Of a DNA stretch of 64,000 bases, positions 39,082 through 52,274 are shown piece by piece. This DNA comes from Felis catus. Lineage: Eukaryota. The stretch lies in contig NC_058382.1 in the NCBI RefSeq assembly GCF_018350175.1, forward strand, positions 58,902,001 through 58,966,000, given 5' to 3'. The position numbers and the translations under genes are program-made. The notes under the pieces are model-generated. The model had not been told where the DNA came from. It saw nothing but the letters and a program-made list of their open reading frames with translations, and ran no database searches. Every line of letters begins with the position of its first letter. Positions within the stretch are counted from its first letter, which is position 1.

Positions 39082-40090
39082 TCCAATTTCCTCATTTTTA
39101 AAGCAGGCCGATGGTCACATTCTCACCAAGGGTTCCATTAAGAGCCACGTGAAAAGTGCCTGGCACAGGGTGGGTGCCACATAAATGTCAGTGGCTGTTG
39201 GGACCACTGTGCACCCGTTCTGTCCAGATTCCTGAGGGCAGGGCCCGATTTGCTCCTGTGCCTCTGTCAGCACCACAGGGTGAGGGGTGTTCCTTCCCTG
39301 AGGGTGCAGGACGCCAGAGCTGGGCTCTGTGTGGCTGCAGCAGGAGAGGAGACAGAACACTCTCTGCCCTCAGGACACGGCTGTCCCAGAGGGGGCGTCA
39401 GATGGAAACCACATCACGCGACCGGACGGTGAACAGGGAGTGAAGACAGTAAAACCCAATCGTGTGCCGGTGAAGGCTGGGGCGGCCCCTCCGTGCAGGT
39501 GACATTTGTGCTGAAATCTGGCCTGAGGACAGGTGTGGGCAGGGCCAGGGGTGACCCACGTGGGGCTGTTCTGAGCCACTCTCCACCCGCCACCCCTCCC
39601 CAGGCTTCTCACCTCCCTGGAGCCACGGGTCGGGTGGTGGGCACTGTGGGCGTTCAGGGACCCTGGCCCTGCGTGTGCCACTGTGGGAAAGTGACTCAGC
39701 CTCCCTGCACCTCGGTCCCACCTGCAGAGGGGCGGAGGGCGGAGGGCCGAGGGGATGGCAAATACTGAGAGCACGACTCCCGGCGTGTGGCGATCCCAGG
39801 AGCACTGGTGTGTCCCTGGGGGCACAGGCGTCATTTACCCCACGCCGACAGGGGGGCCACGGGAGGTTCCTGCTGGCACGTCACCAGACTCGGGGGCAGA
39901 CGGGGTGGCCAAGGGTGGACTCCTGTCCCTGAGGGCGGGAGCTGGGATGGGGCAGGGCAGCCAGGAGCTCCACACCCCAAGTGGGCGGCCCTGTGAGCGT
40001 TTCTCGGAAAGGGTTCCTGCTGTTCCCTGGAAACCGGCCGCACGCCACAGACCTCACCCACCGCCCCCCCACATGCCGCATAGACCTTAA

Positions 40091-40110
40091 CACACACGCG
40101 CGCGCGCGCG

Positions 40111-40160
<50 letters not shown>
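40091..40160 (+). repeat. (CA)3(CG)11(CA)21 compound microsatellite
   Basis: Read directly from the sequence. Confidence 0.95.
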
Positions 40161-40162
<2 letters not shown>

Positions 40163-41299
40163 ACGCCGCCTGGAGCCTGGGCTGCTTTCCACGCCGGCGG
40201 GATGGTTTACCCACCAAAGTCACTGAACCCTTTCTGTTTGTTTCGTGAAAAAACGGTTCTGTTTGCTTTAGCCACATTGTTGTTTAACGGAATGAAATAA
40301 TTAAAACAAGAGGAACCCTCCGTAGGCTTGGATTTATATCTTTATGAGCACGTAAAATGCACAGATAACGTGTCAGTCCTCTTTTCTCTACCAGCAACTC
40401 CGTGAATCGCATTCGTGGCCCCACTGATTTACAAGGCCGCGTCTTTTACGTAACAAACGCGTCCTGTGGACAATCAGATACATAAATCCGCATCGGCGCC
40501 CCGGGGCTGCCAGACCAGAGCACCACCACATGGCAGCCGTGAAACATCAGCTCTGCTGGCCGCAAGCCTGGAATCGGGGTGTGGGCAGGGTGGGCTCCTT
40601 CTGAGCGATCTGGGGGAGAACGGCTCCAGGCCTCTCCCGGGGCTGGCGTGGCCGGCCTTGGCGCCCCTCGGCTTGCGCTGCCTCTCCGGGGCCTTCCCTG
40701 TGTGTGTGTCTTCCTCTCCACCTTTTCAAAAACTACTCTGCTGGCCCATCCTTGTCCATGCTGGATACGAGACACGGGATGACGGGCATGAACCTGTTCT
40801 GCCCCAGAACGCACGGTCAGCCTTGCCCTGTGCTGCCTCCGCCGGTCTAGCTCCTGGCCGGTAAGCAGGGGCGCGGGGGCTCCCGCACTCGGGCGGCACC
40901 GGGCACCCTGCCACGCCCCTCTATCTGCCACCTGTTTCTGCGGACGGCGCAAGGGGAAGGGGAGAGCCCCTCCTCCTGCCTTCATGTTTCCGAGGGCCTC
41001 AGGTCACGGTCAGCGGGGGAGGCGGGCATTCGGACCCTCACGTCACAGCTCCAGAGTCTGAGCGTGCTCTCACGGTGGGCAGCCACCTGTACCCGGTGCT
41101 CAGAATCCGTTCCCATCCGAGCAGAGAGGAGTGCCAAGGTCGCCCCCAGGTGCAGGCTCCCCAGGCCCCCTGCGGATGAACACCCCAACGGCTATGCACA
41201 CACGTGAGAGTCGGTTCGTGGCCACGTCGGTGTTGACCTGCAGGATGTGTGTTTGTCCGTCAGGATGCAGGCCAGGGGAGGTGCTGACACGCCCGCCCA

Positions 41300-42900
41300 G
41301 TGCTCACACCCAGGGGCCCCGAGAGGGCAGGCCTTGAGTGCAGAGACTGAGGCAAGGGTGAGGAGGGCCCTGACATGACTCTTGAGTCCTGGCGGATCCT
41401 GAGCCACAGTGCACTCTCCACGGCCACCAGAGTCCTCACTGCTAGGCTGCAAAGACGGTCCCCCCGTGACGTGCCCTCCCATCCAGAGACGAGCCCTCCC
41501 CTTGAACCTGGGCTGACCCTCCACCTGCCCTGGACGATAGAAGGGTGACTTGGGAAGGCGGGAAGCCTGTACTTCCTTCCTCCTGTGTCATCAACAGCCG
41601 AAGCCACAGGACGAGGCCACCAGGGGGAGAGCGAGGTGCTGTCCTGCCGAGTCTCACCTAGGCTCCCAGCAGCGGCCACGCCAGCGGCCGGCCAGGAGAG
41701 CAAGCCAGCTCCCGTACCTGGCCCGCTAGTGCAGGTGGGCGTCCCGAGGAGAACTGCCCAGCTGAGCCGGGCCGTCCACAGAGTCCCCAGAAAGAAGGAA
41801 ATGGTTGCTGTTTGAAGCCACTAAAGTCTAGGGCGCTGCCTTACGTGTTAAGAGGCATGGAGACAATGTCCAACAGAAATGCACACGTCTGTTCACCCAA
41901 AGACTGTACTGGAACGTTCCTAAAGGCAGTAGCACCACCGATGGGCGTCTCCAAAGCACAAGGAAGGTCGAGTCCCTCAGGAGCAGGACCAAAGGGTTTG
42001 GGTCGCAAGACGGAGCCCGCGATGGAACGTTACACGGCGGTGGTGACGGACGCCCCGAGGCTCCCTGCAGCCGCCTGCGTGAGTCACCTACGCACGGCAC
42101 GGAGCGGAAGTCGCCTGCTCGCACTCCGTACGACTCCATTTACACAGCGCTCACCGAGTGAGGTGGACGGTCACCCCCGGTGTGGCGTAGTTGGTTCAGG
42201 TGACTACAAGCAAAAGACACCCCAGCCCGGGAGCTCAAACACAGACACGGATTTCTCGGGCCCTGGAGGCCGGAAACCCAAGGCCGGCAGAGTCAGCGTC
42301 TGGTGAGGACCCGCTTCCTGGTTCACTCAGGCCGCCAGCCGGCCGAGGCGGCTCTCCAGGGCCTCTCCCAAGGGCCCATCCCACCGTGAGGCTCCACACA
42401 CACGCCCTCGGCACCCCTACGGGCCCACCTCTGATCACACTGGGGGTTAGGATTCCACACGGGAATTCTGGGGGAGACACTCGGTCCCGGCAGGGGCGCG
42501 GCTGGAAGGGGGCGCGCGGGGCTTCCGGGGGGCTGGGGAGGACGGACCCTCACCTGCTGGCCTTTGGGAAGACTCATCGAGCTCACGGGCGGGCTTCTCT
42601 GCACGTGTTCTGTTTCAAGGAAGCGTGTAGTCGTGAGCGGACGTCAGACTTTCCGGTTAGCCGCTGCTACGTAACAAATATAAATCACGCCTAAAGAAGG
42701 GGCTGTGCTCTTTCCCGCGGCTTCTGCGGGTCAGGAACTGACGAGGGGCTGGACCGGACGGCTCTGGCTGGGGGTCTCTCGTGTGGCCCCACACGTGGGG
42801 GCTGGGCTGGGGTCATCCGAAGGCCTCGTCACGCACACTCTGGCCTCCTTCCAACACCGCGTCTCGTGGCTGGTTTTACCTCCGTCAGCGCACGTCACTG
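41300..42900. mobile_element. Cluster of MLT1 LTR pieces and an L1ME-like fragment
   Basis: MLT1 end GGTTGCTGTTTGAAGCCACTAAAG (about 41800-41830); L1-like AAGACTGTACTGGAACGTTCCTAAAGGCAG (about 41900); MLT1-like CTGGTGAGGACCCGCTTCCTGGTTCA...CACACTGGGGGTTAGGATT (42300-42480). Confidence 0.55.
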
Positions 42901-43149
42901 GAGGCGAGCTTTCCTGCCGATTCGCCCTTCTTTGCTGCTGATCGTCCGCCTCTCCCGGCCAGGATGGACGCGCCTTGCCGCGGTGTGGGCACCGCGTGGT
43001 GCCCGGCGAATGTCTGTGGAGCGACTGTGGGTAGGCAGGGAGCGGCACAAGCGCGTCCCTTCAAGCAGTGCTGGGGATGGGCACGGACGAGCCGCAGGGA
43101 GGCGGTGAAGCGCGCGCTCGCTCCCGCCACGGACGCAGCCCTCTGCGTG

Positions 43150-43640
43150 CGCCCTGGGTTGCGGGGTGTCACGTACGATGGGCTCCCGGCACCCGCTCCC
43201 CTCTTCTCACGTGGCTCCGGGTCTGGAAAGTAAGAGAACTACATTTCCCAGACTCCCGGTGGCCAAAGCGCAGGGAGGAATGAGATCCAGCCAGTGACGT
43301 GAGCTGGCCAAGACCCGGAGGCAGAAGGGAGGCAGCCTGGAGCCTGGAGCCTGGAGCCTGGAGCCTGGAGCCTGGAGCCGGTCCCAGCTCCCGGCCGCCC
43401 GGGCAGGTGCGCAGTCACGGAGACTCAGGGTTTCAGCAGCAGCCGGCTGGCGTCCAGTCCCCGCCGTGGGGAGCCCGGAGGCAAGCGGCTGGTGACTTCC
43501 TGATCCTGGCGTGCAGACACAGCCGTGACCCCGAATTCAGCAGGTCTGGGGCTACCTCCCGCCTCCTGTTTGAGGTAAACACGGCAGAGAGCGCTGTTCT
43601 GCGCTGTCCGAGAGTCCGTTCTGGAAGGCTCGGCTAGAGC
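43150..43640 (+). mobile_element. LTR16/LTR33-like ERVL LTR remnant with an internal (AGCCTGG)6.5 array at 43334-43379
   Basis: AACTACATTTCCCAGACTCCC...CAGCCAGTGACGTGAGC resembles LTR16/33. The heptamer array is read directly. Confidence 0.5.
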
Positions 43641-44253
43641 ACACTCCTCCAATCCGCCTGATGGTTGTGGACGCCCCTTACCTCCTGCGCGAAGTCCCAC
43701 TCCGTGTAACTAGGGCGTCCTCACGTCACTTGCCGTGGCCAGAACGTTCTGATTGCCGAGAATTCCTTTCTAGTCTCGTGTGAGTGTGTGTGTGCGTGTG
43801 TTTAACGCATCCTTACAGCCAGTGAACGCAGCCCGGCTCCCGGTCCCAGCTCCCACCCTGCCGAGTTGGTCCCTATGAGCTGCAGAAATGGTATTTTAAT
43901 TTCCTAAAATGTTCCACCATGGGAAGTGCACACGGTAAGGAACACACGACAACCTCCGCCTGCCCACTGCCCGGCCCCGACAACGTCTCAGCTCATGCCC
44001 GGTCTCGTCCCGTCCCTGCCCCTTGCCCGGAGCCGTGGCTCACTGAGTCTCTTGCAGAGGCCAACGCGGCACTGAGTTTGCGGGCGGCACAAGTGTCGCT
44101 CGGATTAAGTCTTCGGCGTCCCCACCTCGTCTTCGAGCCTGGGTCACCTCGTCACAAATCCTGTTTGGAAAAGCGCCCTTATCGTGAACAGATATTCCAC
44201 ATGTCTCACAGACACGGACACACAGATGAAAACATCTCCCCCCCCCCCCCCGC

Positions 44254-44254
<1 letters not shown>

Positions 44255-44297
<43 letters not shown>

Positions 44298-44316
44298 TTT
44301 TTTTTTTTTTTTTTTT
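44255..44316 (+). repeat. (CA)n plus poly(T), preceded by poly(C)
   Basis: Read directly from the sequence. Confidence 0.9.
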
Positions 44317-46080
44317 AGAACATCAGGAGTGACTCCAGGGTGATCTGAAGCCGACTGTTTTTTAGAAAACTATGAACCTGATATGGGAATTGGGCAATTC
44401 ATTTTAACTCCTACCCACACGGGGCCCCAAACTCCTGCTCTGTCACCTGCAGAATTCCCCGCCCCGCGTCTGTGTTCGGGTCCGTGGTGGTGACGAGTGT
44501 CCAAGCAGGGCCTCTAAGGACCGAGACTCTGGGGTCGGATGCCGAGTCGGCCCCCCCACTTTACCCCTCAGACGTGTGTGCCTGTGAAGTCACGACTTCC
44601 CTGGGCCTCCGCGACCTCGTGAGCAGAACGGGGATCACACTCTGGGGATTCACGGGTAGGAGAACATGCACACGGGGCCGGACACACGGGAAGGGCCCCC
44701 AACACCGCCGTCCTGCCTCCCAAGCTAGGGGCGGGGCTCCCCGACACCCGGCTCGCTGCAGGCCGGCCGTAGGCACTGGTGCAAAGCTGACACCACAGAC
44801 CCACACGTGATCCCGGAAGGGAAACGTTGTGTTAGTTGCCTGAGCCTTCTGGGTCTTCTGCCATTTCCACCAGCGCGCGAGCGAGCCTCGCACAAGAAAG
44901 TCATTCAATGTCATTTTCAAAGGAGAAGAAAGCATGGAAGGAAAACCACACACACACACACACATTTCTTAACAGAGAGAACTTGGTCTGTGCAGGAGCC
45001 ATGATTTTGAGGCCCCGGAGGACACAGTTGGAGCTTTGTGTTTGGGACTCCTCGCCGGAGCAGCCGGCCGGCTGGACAGTAAACACGCTTCTGATGAAAT
45101 AACTGTTTTGGGCAGCGGATTCTCTCGCCGTGAGTAACAGGCGGTGTGCTTCCAAGAGTGTGTCAGGCTGAGCGCATTCGTCACGTGGGACGGGAGACCC
45201 TCCCAGCAATGGAACAACCCGAACAGTAGCGAGGAGGCCAGCACTGGCAGGGGGTGGGGGTAGGGGTCCCCCTCTGGGCGTCAACCCGCGGTTTGTCCAA
45301 GCCGGTGCCTCGGGCCCACTTGAGGCCAATGCGTGGCCTCAGCCAGCGGCACGTGGATGCCTGGCCTGGTGGCACCATTTCTCCTTCCACCCGGAGTTGT
45401 TCCCGGGTGAAACGCTGTGCAGCCAGAGACACTCGCACTGCTGACGCATGCTGTTTTTAGAATAAACCACGCGCGTGTTTCTTTGGATCAGCCAACTAAA
45501 GTCACATCTCACAACACCATGTACCAGGGACTCCATGTGACCACATCTGTCGAACGTCTCTCTGCGCCCCCAGCCCAGCCCAGAGCCACCAGGAAGGCCT
45601 GGATCCCAGAGCCACCGCGGGATCGAATGCCCGTAAAGCACCTGGCGTGCGTGTCGTGAAGAGGGTGGGGTGGGTGATGCCCCAGAGAGAGACAGGCCAG
45701 TCACGTCAAGCAGGGTCACGGCATCCGGTGTCACAGGCGCCTGGTCTCTGGCATGCCCAGGCAGAACCCTCATTTCTTGGGGGAGACGGCGCAGGGCCGG
45801 GGGCAGGAGACGGTGGCGGGGGGGGGGCAGGACACGGCCTGCCAGCACCAGCTCGGCATCACCGAACCGTCCAAAGCTTCTCGCCACGCCTGCAAACACC
45901 TCCAGAGGCACCCGTGATGCCCAGAGGCCAAGAGAGGCTGTGGCACCCCTCCCCTTGCCAGGGCCTAAGACCAGAGGGACCCCAGGACTCCCTGCGGTCT
46001 CTGGACAGTGCAGAAGGAGGGGGGTTAGCACCCCAGAGCAGTGGGGAGGTTGCCCTAAGAAGGCAGAGACAGGGGTCTGG

Positions 46081-46081
<1 letters not shown>

Positions 46082-46117
<36 letters not shown>

Positions 46118-46132
46118 TGTCTGTCTGTGTGT
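46082..46132 (+). repeat. (TG)n microsatellite
   Basis: Read directly from the sequence. Confidence 0.95.
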
Positions 46133-49100
46133 GGCAGGGGGATCTACTCCAGCCCCAACACAGCCCGTACGTATCTGGCAGGAGCTCCCAGAACCGCTGG
46201 GTGGGATGTTCGGGGAAGCATGGAGGCTGGTGTTCTTACAGCCCAGGAAGGTGGGCCTGGGGGGAGGGGGGCGGGGGTATCTGCAGCCTCTTTCCTCTAA
46301 CACACACCGGCCCCGCCTGGAGGGGCCCGTTAGCCCTGTCATTAGTTTACCCCCACCTCGGGGGCCACGGGCAGGCATCTAGACCCGGGGGGCTTTTCTC
46401 ATTTGTCCAAATATTTGTAGCTTGTGGGCCATGCGGTCACTGTCCAGAAGGCTGAATTTGGGGTGGTTCTGGACCAAACAATCTCCCTCCCCCCAGCACT
46501 GCCGAGCTGAGCGTCCCCGGTGGGTCTGGGAGCTCCTGGGGACATCCGGATGCTGGGGAGGAGAGGCAGGGAGCGAGACAGGCGCGGGCTCCTCCTCTTA
46601 CGCGCTGCTCCACGCTGGGGACCCTGCCGCTGCTCCGCTACCCGCAGCCACCCCCACCCCAGGCAGGCAGCGCTCTAAGAGGAGGGCCCTGGGGCCGAGC
46701 CAGCTGGTGGCACCGCTGGGGACGGCCTGAGCCCCACCGTCTGGGTCTGTCTCCAGTCTCCTCCTCAAAGGGCTTTCCTTCACCGTCCAGACCAGCAGCT
46801 CAGAGGCCTCTATCATCGCAAGGTTGCCTCTGGCTGCCACGTACTGAACTCTTCCCCAGATCAGGAGCTGGGCTGCAGCCTTCATATTAATACCGGATTT
46901 AACGTTCCGGAGTCTCCTGGAAGGGGGTCCGACTTCTCCTCTGTGTTACAGATGAGGCTACTGCGGTGCACAGAGGTTAGGTAACCCACCCAAGGCTGCA
47001 CAGCAGAAGCAGAGCCACTCTGGAAGCCGAACGTGCCGCACCCGCCATGCTCCAGAACACTCCCCGGCCCGGCTGCACGCTACCCCCCCCCCCCAGGAGG
47101 CTGCCATTGGCTTTCAGGGGGCAGACCAACGGGCTGGGGGCTCGGAACTGGAAGCCTAGACCGGACACGGTGGCTACTGAGCGCCCCTCTTTGCCGAGAA
47201 GCAATATTCCTCCCCAGCGGTGCCCTTCTGGGCCTTGGGAAGTTAGCACGGAGGCCACACGGGTGCCAGGCCGGGAGCGGGGGTGCAGGCGAAGCCGGAA
47301 AGGGCCTGGAAACCCGGCTCGTCCTGCCTGGGGTCGCCGGGAAGCCTGAGCCTGTACTTAGTTCTCCCTGCTAAATAACAGCTCTGGTTTCTGCTAAAAG
47401 GATTCATTCCCAGAGCACAATAATTTTCATCTCCTCCTTGCTACAACCCGTAGTTTATGGCTAAATATACGCCATAATGAGCCTCTGGCCTGATAGTGTC
47501 GTTAAGGAGATATTTGACCTCAGGTTTAATTGCAGGATGGAATAAACGGCTCGGCCCGCCAGCTCGCAGGCAAGTTCGGGGCTCCGCGTGCATCTGGCAT
47601 CTGCTAGCCCGGAGGACAGCCCTGGAGAAAGTGATGCGGGCGGAGAAAGCGGCTCCTGAGCCCCCGCCCCGGGGCCCTGGGCCAGACAGCGGTGGGCGCC
47701 TGGGGGCTGCCTCTGGGGCCGTCTGCTTGCTTGAATGAACCAGGGCGACCGTGAACCCCTGAGAACAGTCCACACGAGACTAGCACCCCCTCTTTTCACC
47801 TGATCCCCTGCTTTCTAAAGCCCCTCGAGACAAAAGCTGCCCCCACCCCCGCGGGCAGAACGCAAGGCCAGCTGGCTGGGCGCTGGGCTTGAGATGCTCC
47901 TCACCACCAAGCTCCACAGACTAAACACGGGTTTGAAGTGTCCCCAACACAACCCTCCCGCATCTGTCGGGCTGGCTCGGGCTGGCTCGGCATGAGGGGA
48001 GCTGGGAATGAGGACGCTGGCACCTGCAGAGAGCGCGTGAGAGCTCGCTGGTGCTGGGGAGGAGCGGGGCCACGGGGAGGAGGGACTCTGCAGAGCCCGT
48101 GAGCCCAGCACCTTCTTGGAGAAAAAAGCATGGCCTGGCGGGAGCTTGTGACCCCGCCCTCAGCCTGGAGGACAGGGGTGGACTGGGGCTGCAGAAGCTG
48201 AGGGTGCTGTGCCCCCTCACGCCGGTCTCTCGGAGTTTTCCCTCTGCTGCACAGTGTCAAGGCTACAAAACCCGTCCAGGGAACGTCATCCGAGCGCAGG
48301 GGTTTGACGAACGGCAAGTCTTTGCAAGAATGGGTTAGGTTTGTTCAGAACGGGGTTCCACTAACTGCAACTGAGGCTAGGTTTGTTGGGTCTGCTGGTT
48401 CTTACCTGGGAGGGAGTGACGGCTACGGGTTGCTACCCCCAAATGCACCCACACACCTAGGTGGCACCTGCCACCCGATCCTTTGATCCCTAGTTAAGAA
48501 CACCCCCCTCCCCCCAGCTTGAACGACTCCGTTTCCTTTGTCCTTCCGGACCTACACACAGATACAACCTCCCAGGCCCACTTTCTGGGGGTCGGCATGG
48601 AGCCCCGAGGTGGCAGATGAGAGAAGGGGGCACAGTGTCCTTCAACACACGTCCTCCACACATGGCACACGACCTAAAACGGGGAAGTAGGATGAATCAC
48701 CCCAAGAGGAACTCTCCTGGCGGAGGGACAACTAGCTCACGGGCAGACGTCACTTCTCAGGTAGTTACCCCTAGTTTTCCTCTTCCCTTACAGACTGGCG
48801 TTTCTTGGGTTCCCTGGACTCCTTACTGCTTGGGGGCCAGGCGGATCACCATGTCAAGTCGGGGCGGGGCGGGGCGGGGGGTGGGGGAGCCCAGGCTCCA
48901 AAGCGTTACTGAGTAAAGCATCCGCTTTGCGGTGATGGGGAGACAGACAGACGGGGAACCCGGTGCTGGTGGGCCCAGCTCACCAGAAAGGAAGCGCAGG
49001 CTGGTGTGTTCCCTGGGCCTCCACCCGAAACTGAATCCGGAACTGCAGGGACGGGAAGGGTGGGGAGCAGCGTCCTCACAAGCACCGGGTGCTGAGAAGC

Positions 49101-49699
49101 CGAGAAGTGTGGGGAAAACCAAAATCTCCCCTGTCCGCGCCCTCTCGGGAAGGAAGAGACAAGGCCTGAAACTGTCCACTGTTTCACTTTGCCGGTGGAA
49201 TTTCCACAAGGAAGCATGGGGGCACAGTGCCCCCTCAGCCCCGCTGGCCTCCCCTCCAGGTTAGGTGCCCCGGGGACTGCAGCTGGCCAGCTGGCCGGCC
49301 GCTCTCTCCTGCTCGGTCTTCTCCCAGTTCTCACTGAGCTAACCGGAGGCACCGAGGCCTTTCCCAACCTTCCCAACCTGCGTGGGAGCAGCTGGCCCTG
49401 AGAGGCAAAGTGTCCTGGGATGGGGGGACCTGCGGCTCACGGCACAGCACGACAGCTTCTCCCCAGGAGGACGTCCCGGGCCAGGAAGCAGACGGAAAAA
49501 GTTGGGGCGAGTTATGTTACTTTTCAAATAAAGAGGAGGCGAGGGAAAGCCGGGCGCTGCTGGGAGAAGGGGGCTGAATTTATCCCCCCCACCCCCGCCG
49601 TGTCCCACAGGGGTCAGGTGGGTGCTTTTCTTAAAAAGGCACCGCAGGACTTAAATTAGGGTTCTCCTCACCCAAAAACCTGATTGTGCTACTGCGGAC

Positions 49700-51750
49700 T
49701 GGGGGAGCGAATGATTGCAAACGGAGAGTTCCCGATGGGGAGGGGGGGAGGAGGGGGGGTTCTGCGGGCGGCGGAAGGGGCCCGTGCTTGCCCTTTGATT
49801 GGGCCTGGGACTGGGGCACCGCAAGAGCCCGCGGCCCGCAGCACGATCGGCGGGCTGTTTGTAATCCCATCCTGTTTTCATTAACATAAACACCACTTGA
49901 ACAAAAATATACACGGCCACCTACTTCGCCAGGAGAGGCAGCCCCAGCGCCCACCGACCCACGCTTGCCCACCGGCACGGCCGCTGCCCCCCCCAGCGGC
50001 GCGCCCCGGGCACCTGGGTCCACGCAGTCCACGCTGTGTGGGGCTGGCCCAGGCCGCCTTTGGATGGCTTTGAAGCCTCAGGCCCCCCACAGTTCAGCCT
50101 GTCACCCTGCCGGGCGGCCGGAGCCCCGCAGAGGTGCTGAGCTGTCGATTCAGCCTCAGGGCAAATTGGTTCCTCTTTACCTGCCGCCCCCGCCCTCCCC
50201 TCGAGCCGCCTTAAGTGCAGCCGGAGCTGGTCGCACGAGGCCCAGGCAGTGAATTGAACTGAGCTGGAACCCACGTGGTGTTGCCTCAGCTAGATGCCAG
50301 GCGGGGTGCAGGACGGAGCTGGGGGGGCCGGGGAACACGCTGCCTGGGACCTCCGTCCTGGGCTTGGAGGCCTCCTGCAGGGGTAGGCTTTGGCAGAGAA
50401 AGAGCGACAGTAGGGGTGGGGTCTCTGCCGTCCACAGAAGTGGCAGCTCTCTTGGTGCCCCAGCCTCCCGGGCTGCGTCCACACAGTCCCGGTCCGGGTT
50501 CCAGGCACCCCCTCAACCCCGCACACACACGTGTGCATGTACCTGTTCCTTGGGCCTCTGCGGGGATCTCCTCCCAAAGCACAGCTTCCCAGAGTCTGGG
50601 GCGGTGGGGGGGGGGTCCTAGGTCTGCACTTCGCCCTCGTCTCCTCCCCCCCCAACATTTCCACTCTGCTCCCAGACGACAATCAGCCTGGCTCCCCATG
50701 ATCAGCTCCAGGCCGGTCTAGTCGGGCAGAGGCAGGTGGAGCCCGGAGCCAGTTTGCCGGGTAATTCCAGCCACAAACAAGGCGGCCAGAATGGTCCACG
50801 TAGCAGACCTTCTGATGTCCTTTTCCCCTTACTTGTGAACAGTCTTCGCGGTACCCGCTGTTTTCCACCACCCTATAAACACGTCCCGGGCAATCCTGCA
50901 GTTTAAGTGCACTTCCCGGTTTTGCAGGAGGAAAACCCCCCCACCCGGGACACCCCAGCTGAATGGACCTTGGTTCCAGTCTAGGCGTCCCCCTCTAGCG
51001 GCGACCTAGGTTGCGTCCAGAGTCCAGCGCTGAGCCCCTTCCCCTCCGCCCCTCTCCCTTCTTACACCCCAGCGGCCGCAGGACCCGGGACTGGCCGGCC
51101 GGTCCCACCGCGGCCGAAGCGGGGCGCCAGGCTCTGAGATGTGCACGCGTAACTGGTTTCCAGAAGGCGCCCCTCCACGAGTGCGGATGAATCCTCGGCG
51201 TGCCCCTGCGCCCCAGGCCCCCAGTCTCTCCCCTCAGATGTGCCCGCGCGCGTGGGGGAGAAGGCTGAATCCGCCCCCACCGGGCCAAGCGAGTGAGAAA
51301 GCCAGGCTCACTGCTCCCCAGACCCCTCCCCGACCTTAGCGTTTCCAATGTGCAACTCCAGCGTCCCCAGCCCAGCGCCCAGGCGCGCACCCCCTCCCCC
51401 GGGATGGTCGAAGTAAAATAAACACCGCGATCACGCAAGCAGAACCCATCATCAGCCCAAACCAAGGTTGCAGAAGGAGAGCGGCAGGAAGCAGCCCGGT
51501 CTGCCCAGGACCCTCCCGCCGCCGGGCCCCGGTGGACGCGGAGCCGCCTCTCCAGCCGCCAGACAGGACGCGGAGTGGGGACGCACCCAGAGCCCCCGCG
51601 GGGGCCCAGGGCCGCGCGAGAGACACGCGCTCCCTGCTCGCTGTGCCGCGGGTGCAGCGCCTCGGCGGAACGCCAGCCCCCCGAGAGTTCTTTTCTGGGA
51701 GGCGACGTGAAGAATGCTGGAGTCAGACTCGCCAAAGCGGAGTGAGTCTG
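49700..51750. promoter_or_regulatory. Secondary CpG island, candidate enhancer or alternative promoter, 11-13 kb upstream of FOXF1
   Basis: CpG-dense blocks at about 49750-50250 and 50990-51700, with embedded AT-rich motif clusters (CTTTGAT, TAATCC, ATAAACA, CACTTGA). No recognisable repeats. Confidence 0.6.
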
Positions 51751-52225
51751 GGCTGCTTCAAAGGGGAGAGACAGAGCGAGAGGGAGGGGGAATGAGGTTA
51801 GAGGCAGGTAGGTGTCGGTGAAGGGCTTCAGAAAATGCTCCTTTGCAAAAACCCGGAGAAAAACGTGGGCACGGTGGGCGGTGGGGGGGTGTCAGGACAC
51901 TTATCCCTGGTCTCTTTTAAAAAGAGCGATTTTGATTCCTAATTGAGTTAGCTTTCATGGTGAATTAACCGGATCCAGGGCACGGGGGTGGGGATAATCC
52001 CCATGGAAGCTGTGCCTGCCCCCCACCCCCACGTGGACCTAACTGGTTCGCAAACTTTCACAGCAACAAGGGCGGTGGGAGAAGTGAGATAAAAGCATCG
52101 ACTTTGACCTTGGGAATATAACAAAATGTTTAAAATATTTTCAGATTTACGCTTTTAAAAACAGCAGAGCTTAAGACCTCTTCCCGTGTCAGGAACAGAA
52201 TCTTTGCAGGTAATTGCGAATTAGT

Positions 52226-52228
<3 letters not shown>

Positions 52229-52272
<44 letters not shown>
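52229..52272 (+). repeat. (CA)n microsatellite
   Basis: Read directly from the sequence. Confidence 0.95.

Positions 52273-52274
<2 letters not shown>

Noticed and set aside
38661..43379. Short tandem arrays considered as CRISPR-like
   Set aside because: Head-to-tail repeats without unique spacers, no cas genes, and eukaryotic DNA.
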